DNA of 64,000 bases from Verrucomicrobiota bacterium. GTDB lineage: Bacteria; Verrucomicrobiota; Verrucomicrobiia; Opitutales; Seribacteraceae. Below the pieces are notes generated by a model that was given only the letters and a program-made list of their open reading frames with translations, ran no database searches and was not told where the DNA came from. The translations under genes were made by a program, and so were the position numbers. Shown piece by piece: positions 58,186-64,000 of the stretch. Location of the stretch: positions 32,001 to 96,000 of the forward strand of contig JAQBYT010000006.1 of the NCBI GenBank assembly GCA_027622665.1, given 5' to 3'. The first letter of the stretch is position 1. Each line of letters begins with the position of its first letter.

Positions 58186-59802
58186 TTAATCCTTCGGCTT
58201 CTCAGCTAGAATTTTTTTGCCTGCTTTTAAGCCCTCAATAACTTCGATGTTTTCTCCGGATCTTTCTCCGGTCTTTACCGTTTGTTTTTTCGGTTTTTTC
58301 CCTTCGCGGTGGAGATATACGAATTTATTATCCTCGTCTTTTCTTTCCGAAAATACGGCACCGGCGGGGACTACGATTGCTTGCTCGTTCTCGTAAACGA
58401 GGAATTGGAGTTGGCATGACATTCCGGGAAGAATGCCCCTCGCTTCTTTAGGCATGGCAAAATCTACCAGAAGTTCGAATTTCCCCGGGGATACAGGAAC
58501 GTTGGACACTTCACGGATGCTCCCTGTTAGTTTTTGGTCGGGGAATGCCTTGCATTTCATCTTCCCCTCGCAGCCTTTCTTCAGTCGCCGCAGGTCTGCC
58601 TCCGGAAGGCTTGCGCGCACGAAGAGTGGTTTTGGTTCGACCACTGTCATAAAGACTTCGTTCGGTTTGAGCATGCCACCTTTACGCAATCGGGCTTTTA
58701 AGTCGGTGTCACCCGACCATTTCCCCTTTTCGAAAGTGCCCCTGTAAAGAACTCCCGAAGTGGGGGAGGGGACTGTCATCGCCTTGCGATCAGTTTCTAG
58801 CCGGACAAGGTTTTCGGAAGCCTTTTTGTGCTGCTCTGCTAGCTTTTTTGATTCCAGTTGCTTTTTTTCAAGTTCCACTGGCTGGATTTTACGCAAAGCT
58901 CGGGAAGAAAGCTCGTCTCTCTTGGCCTTTTCCTTCGTCTCCAAATCTTCGCGAGGAATATTGACCTTGAGAGCGTCTTCATTTCGGATTTTGGCGCCTT
59001 CCAGAGAAAACTTGGCACGATCAACAGTGCGTTGGGCTCGTACCAGTATTATTTCCTCCGTTTCTTCGGTTAAGTCGTCGGCTTCGTACATCTTCTTGAG
59101 CTGTTTGAGTTCTTCTTGGGCGTAGACCAAGGTGTCCTCATAGTTTTTTAGGCTCATCGCTGCGGTTCTTTTGCTGAATGGACTCTTGATTTTTTCGTAT
59201 CGGGCCAAATCTTCCTTGGAGTACTTTTCCTTTCTCTCGATTTCAGATAATTTAATTGGCGCAATGGCCTCAGCAAGTTTCAGATCGGCGGCGGCGATTG
59301 AACGATCCAAGTCGAGGATTCGTAAGTCGTGGCGTAGATTGGATATCTTTTCATCGATTTTTTCGAAATCGAATTTCACGAGCTGTTCGCCTTTTTTTAC
59401 GAGTGCGCCCTGCGGTTTCGCCTCCAATACCGTCAGCTCGGCCCAAGACTTTGTATTTACTGATACTTCGCTCATTCGGGTGCTCTCGAACACGCCTTCA
59501 AGATTTAGTTTCACATAGAGAGGTTCTCGTTTCGCCTCGTGTGTCTTGGCTTTGTCTTCTGCCTCTTTTTCCGATTCCTTGGGTTTTTCGTCGCTCTTCT
59601 CGCTTTCTTCTCCTTTTTTTTCAGGATCGGAGGCAGTTTCGGATTCATTTTTCGAGTCAGCTTTCTGTTCTTTTACAGGTTTGGCACATTCCTCGATGGC
59701 GGTTCCTTGCGTGTCCAGAACTTTTGGCTTGGCGTTGGCTTGGACTAGAAAGAAGCATGACAGGCACGCGAGTGCGTGGCGGTGGCTTGGTCTGTTTTTC
59801 AT
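58186..59802 (-). CDS. HlyD/periplasmic adaptor (membrane fusion protein-like) with long coiled coil
   Basis: Lipoyl-like halves (GALVKKGEQLVKFD and TVPSPTSGVL) flanking a long helical region; ILPGMSC, AIVVPAGAV, IEVIEGLKAG. Confidence 0.85.
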   Translation of the reverse strand: MKNRPSHRHALACLSCFFLVQANAKPKVLDTQGTAIEECAKPVKEQKADSKNESETASDPEKKGEESEKSDEKPKESEKEAEDKAKTHEAKREPLYVKLNLEGVFESTRMSEVSVNTKSWAELTVLEAKPQGALVKKGEQLVKFDFEKIDEKISNLRHDLRILDLDRSIAAADLKLAEAIAPIKLSEIERKEKYSKEDLARYEKIKSPFSKRTAAMSLKNYEDTLVYAQEELKQLKKMYEADDLTEETEEIILVRAQRTVDRAKFSLEGAKIRNEDALKVNIPREDLETKEKAKRDELSSRALRKIQPVELEKKQLESKKLAEQHKKASENLVRLETDRKAMTVPSPTSGVLYRGTFEKGKWSGDTDLKARLRKGGMLKPNEVFMTVVEPKPLFVRASLPEADLRRLKKGCEGKMKCKAFPDQKLTGSIREVSNVPVSPGKFELLVDFAMPKEARGILPGMSCQLQFLVYENEQAIVVPAGAVFSERKDEDNKFVYLHREGKKPKKQTVKTGERSGENIEVIEGLKAGKKILAEKPKD

Positions 59803-59900
59803 TTGCGTTTACGAATTTCAAGTCGTGAAAAAATGGGGAGAGTTCAGAGAGTCCTTGTTTATGCAAATCGGTTAGCTCCGAAGTGCTTCCGAAGTGCTGG

Positions 59901-61187
59901 TTAGGACACTTTGACCATTGACTCGGCAAGCGTGGAGACGTCACCGCCGGTGGGCAACTGAAAAGCTTTTAGTTCGAAGCGATTGAGGGAGGCAAGCAGG
60001 TGATCGAAGATATCGCCTTGAATGTCCTCGTAGTTTACCCAGTTCACATCGTTGGCGAAGACGTAGATTTCAATGGGTAGACCTTTGTCGGTGGGTGCCA
60101 GTTGGCGTACCAAAAAGGTCATACCTGTCTGGTGAATTTTTTTATTGGATTTCAGATAGGCAATGCAATATGCACGGAAAGTGCCTGCGTTGGTGAGACG
60201 GCGTCCATTGACCAGTTCCGTCATGTCGACTTTGTTTTTCTTGTTGTGATTGTCCACCTCTTTTTTCTTCTCCGATAGATATTCCTGCAATAGTTCGATT
60301 TTCTCTAAGCGTTCGTATAATTCGTCGTTTACGAATTGAACGGAGTTTAGATCTAACGAGATACTTCTCTTTATCCGCCTCCCCCCGGATTCACTCATCC
60401 CCCGCCAATTTTTAAAAGAATCGGTGACCAGTGCATAAGGTGGGATAGAGGTAATTGTCTTATCCCAGTTCTGGACCTTCACTGTGGTTAGGGAAACTTC
60501 GAGGACGTTGCCGTCGGCCCCATACTTTGGCATTTCGATCCAGTCACCCTTCCGTACCAAGTTGTTCACCGAAAGTTGTATGCCCGCTACCAATCCGAGT
60601 AATGCATCCTTGAAAATCAGAAAGAGAACGGCCGTCAGAGCTCCGAGCCCGGAAATGAAGTATAGGGGCGACTTGTCGAAAAGGATAGATAGTACGAAGA
60701 TTACGCCTGTCGCGTTGATGATAATCTTTAGGGCTTGGGCAAGTCCTTTCAGGGGTAGTCGCTTGGATGTTTCGAAATGCTGGTAGACTTCCAAACCAGC
60801 GTTCATCAGGGCATCGAAGACGAATAAGCTGATGACGACCAGATATACGTTCACCGCAATCTCGGCCAGTCCGAGCAAGGATGCTGAACCGGCAAATAGC
60901 CAAGGCGCCGCCACCTTCACGAGGATGGCCGGAGCTAGATGCGAAAGCCTCTGGAAACATTGAGCATCAAGCAATGCATTCCCAAATTTGCCGCCCGAGT
61001 GTTGGATCACCGAACGAATTACCTTGAGCACAATTCCCTTCACTAAGCCATTTATCAGCGAGGCCAAAACAACCAGAATCATTATGGCTATGGAACGAGA
61101 TAACCATTCCGCTGCGGTTTCGGTAACGCCGAAGGCATTTACCCACCAATTGCTTAGCTCGCTAGGAGAAAAAGGAATTCCATTCAT
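59901..61187 (-). CDS. small-conductance mechanosensitive channel (YbdG/MscM-like)
   Basis: LIFKDALLGLVAGIQLS, GDWIEMPKYGADG, LTTVKVQNWDKTI, FKNWRGMSESGGRRIKRS, FLVRQLAP. Start uncertain (61187 or GTG 61214). Confidence 0.93.
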   Translation of the reverse strand: MNGIPFSPSELSNWWVNAFGVTETAAEWLSRSIAIMILVVLASLINGLVKGIVLKVIRSVIQHSGGKFGNALLDAQCFQRLSHLAPAILVKVAAPWLFAGSASLLGLAEIAVNVYLVVISLFVFDALMNAGLEVYQHFETSKRLPLKGLAQALKIIINATGVIFVLSILFDKSPLYFISGLGALTAVLFLIFKDALLGLVAGIQLSVNNLVRKGDWIEMPKYGADGNVLEVSLTTVKVQNWDKTITSIPPYALVTDSFKNWRGMSESGGRRIKRSISLDLNSVQFVNDELYERLEKIELLQEYLSEKKKEVDNHNKKNKVDMTELVNGRRLTNAGTFRAYCIAYLKSNKKIHQTGMTFLVRQLAPTDKGLPIEIYVFANDVNWVNYEDIQGDIFDHLLASLNRFELKAFQLPTGGDVSTLAESMVKVS

Positions 61188-61386
61188 AAAAGACAAGGGT
61201 TCAATTTTTGGCACTCACGGGCCAAACTAAAAATGAAAACTGATGACAGTCGAATAGCTTTTCCGTTTCTGATTCTGTTCAAGCAAAAAAGCTACACCAT
61301 TCGGCACGAACTGGACAAACTAAAACCCCTATGACAAAGCTGCCCCCGACATACGGCGGGGTAGGCGATGAAGAAGGAGTGGATTC

Positions 61387-62199
61387 TCAGCTGATTGACT
61401 CGATGTGTTTTACCTCGAGCGGGAAAGTCATTCGATTGCCGTTTCGGGCAATCATTCTAAGTACCGCCTGCATCCCTTTCTCCAAGACATACTCCGCATC
61501 GATATCCAGTGCGGCAGCCGCTTCATGAATCGATTGACTTGTCTCTTCGGAACAGACGAGGTTTCCTCGGGAAGAAATCGATGCTCGAGGCTTTTGCACA
61601 GTAGTGGTGCCTACTTTAGTGGCTACTACTGCTTCAGGTTCCGTGGTTGCGAGACGATTGGTTGGCTCATTCATGGTATCGGAAAGAATTCTATTGGATT
61701 TAACTTTTACGGGTTCTGATTCTGAAACTCGGTTTTCCTCGGATTCAAAAAGAAGTGCCGGGGATATGCCCCCTGCATCGGTATTTGATTCGGATGAAAG
61801 AGTAATGGGATTGGTCGGACTCTTCCCACTTAGGTTTTGCCCAAGCTCTTCTAGATATTTGTCCTGCTCGAGAACTTTCAACCGTTCTCTGGCAACCTCC
61901 AACTTGCCTTCCACTCCTGTGATCTCGTCCAGAAGATGAGGCTCTTGGATTGTTCCCGAGTTAGACGACTTTTTCAAGCCCTCTTGTAACGCGGAAATCC
62001 TTTTGTCCAAAGCCTTGCGCTGGGCGTTGACTTCCTGAATGATCTCTTCCGTCTCATGTCTCTTCCGAGAGGCTGAAACCTTCTCGCCTAGGGATTGCTT
62101 TTGTTTGCTCAGTTCCCCAATGGCCCACTGCAATGACCTAATCTGCTCATCGAGCAACTCGGGTTTCTTTTGTTTAATCATATTTTCCCTTTTATACAC
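61387..62199 (-). CDS. hypothetical coiled-coil protein
   Basis: Heptad-rich N-terminal half, low-complexity linker and small C-terminal domain. Start may be 62181. Confidence 0.75.
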   Translation of the reverse strand: MYKRENMIKQKKPELLDEQIRSLQWAIGELSKQKQSLGEKVSASRKRHETEEIIQEVNAQRKALDKRISALQEGLKKSSNSGTIQEPHLLDEITGVEGKLEVARERLKVLEQDKYLEELGQNLSGKSPTNPITLSSESNTDAGGISPALLFESEENRVSESEPVKVKSNRILSDTMNEPTNRLATTEPEAVVATKVGTTTVQKPRASISSRGNLVCSEETSQSIHEAAAALDIDAEYVLEKGMQAVLRMIARNGNRMTFPLEVKHIESIS

Positions 62200-62349
62200 T
62201 GGCGCGAGACCCTAGTAAAGACCAAGTAGTTCACAACCCGCCAAACTTGTTCACAATTTGAATGTCAATAGTTGCTATTCCACCACGGAAAGCAATCTGC
62301 TGTCTAATACTTTTCGATACTGAAACCAGATAAACGTTCATTAACACAT

Positions 62350-62376
62350 AAAAAAGGCCCGATTTCACGAGCCTTT
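62350..62376 (-). terminator. intrinsic terminator
   Basis: Minus strand AAAGGCTCG-TGAAAT-CGGGCCTTT-TTT, downstream of the glycosyltransferase gene. Confidence 0.75.
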
Positions 62377-62468
62377 ACTGAGCAAAAGAGATTTGAGTCT
62401 AAGCTGATGAGTTAAACAAATTAGAGAACATTTTCAAAATTCAAATGGATATCCCCAAGTTATCGAGG

Positions 62469-63485
62469 TTAGCTCGTTAAGTTTTTGTGAATCCTCGCTA
62501 ATCGATGTTGAATGTTAGGGTCAGTGAATTTCTTCGCATATATTTTCAAGAAGTTTTCTTTGGCTGAACTTGTCATATTTTGCTTTTGTTCGGAATTTAA
62601 AGTTAGAAATTTCAAAAGTCCTATTCTTATAGCATCCGGACTTGAATATGCACATTTTTGGTTTTCGGCATAGAATTCAGGGTCACTCGTAAAAGGTTGA
62701 ATGATTTCTCGATGGGAGATTTCTATAAATGCCTCTTGTTGAAGCAAACTTTGATGCCCCCCCCAATGATTAGTGCAGACGGGAAGCTCTGCCATAATCG
62801 ACTCTCCCAAGGGTAATCCGAGTCCCTCTCCCAAGCTTGCTGAGACGAAGCAATCATGCTTTGCATACTCCGATAAAAGTCTATCGCGGGACCATTCTTC
62901 CTTGATTAGAACAATGTCTTCCCTAGGGCTTTCCCATTGGCAGGATGGTGATGTCTTGATTGTTAACCGGGCCTCGTTAGTCTTGAGGAACGCTTTCATA
63001 AACCCCTGCATGAGCAAATGATGGCCTTTGCGAAAGTGAGGTTCACCAACAAATAAAAACTTGGGTAGGTCTTCAATGCCCCAATCCCTTTTGGGAGGAA
63101 CATTTTCGGTATCGAGTGCCGGCGGAAGTTTGTACATCGGTTTGGTCAGACCTCCTCGCGACAAGATGTTGCGGACATGATCGGTTATCGTCCAGACCTC
63201 GTCGAATTCATTGAGTAAATTGATCCATGCCTTTGGGTATTCGCTCCACTCGTGAAGGGGTAGGGCGATATTGTAGCATTCGGGCAGGGGGACGAATCTA
63301 TCGCCCAGGGTGTTGTGGAACACAATCGTTCCAGCGATTTTGTTTCCTAGATCTCTGCTGGCTGCCGAGGTTTCGGGGGTCGGGAGATGGCAAACGCTTC
63401 TTTGCCCACGGAAGCTGTTGGCAAACAAATCGCCGATAATTTTGTAACTTCCTCGATGGAAATCAGTCAGAATTACTATATCCAC
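62469..63485 (-). CDS. glycosyltransferase, GT-B fold (GT4-like)
   Basis: FLFVG..RKGHHLL, DCFVSASLGEGLGLPLGESI (E-x7-E), FDEVW. Confidence 0.88.
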   Translation of the reverse strand: MDIVILTDFHRGSYKIIGDLFANSFRGQRSVCHLPTPETSAASRDLGNKIAGTIVFHNTLGDRFVPLPECYNIALPLHEWSEYPKAWINLLNEFDEVWTITDHVRNILSRGGLTKPMYKLPPALDTENVPPKRDWGIEDLPKFLFVGEPHFRKGHHLLMQGFMKAFLKTNEARLTIKTSPSCQWESPREDIVLIKEEWSRDRLLSEYAKHDCFVSASLGEGLGLPLGESIMAELPVCTNHWGGHQSLLQQEAFIEISHREIIQPFTSDPEFYAENQKCAYSSPDAIRIGLLKFLTLNSEQKQNMTSSAKENFLKIYAKKFTDPNIQHRLARIHKNLTS

Positions 63486-63528
63486 GGGGTTATGATGTTT
63501 ATTCGAGACTTCAGGTAGGCTCAGCTAA

Positions 63529-63999
63529 TCATCCATTTTCTATGGTTAGGCAAGTAAGCTCCTTAGCCCAAAAGGATAGCCTGTTGGAAGACGGGAATAA
63601 TTCCTCTAGTTTTGCCGCCATTTCCAGTTCGAAGGACTTGGAAGACAAGACAAATAGGTCGATATGCGAACCCTTCAGTGAATCGATTTCAATTATCGGT
63701 AAGTCGTGAAACTCGGTTCTGCCCTCCGTTTGCGATACAACGATTGCGCTGAGGGTCGGCAGAGAAAGACGGTTCCATATTTCCAGAAGAATCAAGGACT
63801 GTGTGCCGGCTCCGTAAATTATGATCTTGGGACTCGGCAGATCCTTTAAGAAGGTAAGTTGGTTCACTAATTCCTGAAGACGTCTGGTAACAACTCCCGG
63901 AATTCCATGCTGCGGCAATCCTTCGCCAAGATAATCTTGAGGCAAAACGCTCTTGAAAAGCAAATTCGAGTTTGCAGGTAATGACTGCTTTTCCTCCGC
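63529..63999 (-). CDS. partial CDS (5' end outside window); C-terminal Rossmann-like domain typical of glycosylation-locus proteins
   Basis: Frame is open to the window edge; KIIIYGAG...LPIIEID...IDLFVLSS. Confidence 0.7.
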   Translation of the reverse strand, partial: AEEKQSLPANSNLLFKSVLPQDYLGEGLPQHGIPGVVTRRLQELVNQLTFLKDLPSPKIIIYGAGTQSLILLEIWNRLSLPTLSAIVVSQTEGRTEFHDLPIIEIDSLKGSHIDLFVLSSKSFELEMAAKLEELFPSSNRLSFWAKELTCLTIENG

Positions 64000-64000
64000 G

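Overview
A gene-dense bacterial chromosome segment, probably from a marine Verrucomicrobiota (Opitutales-like) genome. That taxonomy is an inference from three sulfatases, an ASPIC/UnbV protein, three PQQ-type beta-propellers, three secreted prenyltransferase/squalene-cyclase-fold proteins and a long Lys/Ala-rich RpoD. Most of the window is housekeeping or metabolic: valS, pyrC, proA, uxaC, tRNA-Cys, mgtE, hydroxyproline epimerase plus dehydrogenase, tdk, hemG/Y, tatA, dnaG-rpoD, acylphosphatase and an MscS channel. The standout is a ~4.4-kb accessory island at 25370-29790. It begins at a degenerate tRNA-Pro 3'-half scar and is built from single-gene modules. These include two gene stubs cut off at junction sequences and fronted by the same 39-bp promoter-like module, a TCGGGACG motif shared with the tRNA 3' end at module boundaries, and a pair of 63-bp hairpin-containing direct repeats enclosing a candidate ~77-nt sRNA with its own promoter and terminator. 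The island also holds an AT-rich ORFan with a coupled 43-aa ORF and two zinc-ribbon/variable-LRR lipoprotein paralogs. No recombinase is in the window, so the cassette-array interpretation is a hypothesis. No CRISPR array, rRNA or transposase was found. All family assignments come from motif recognition, not database searches.
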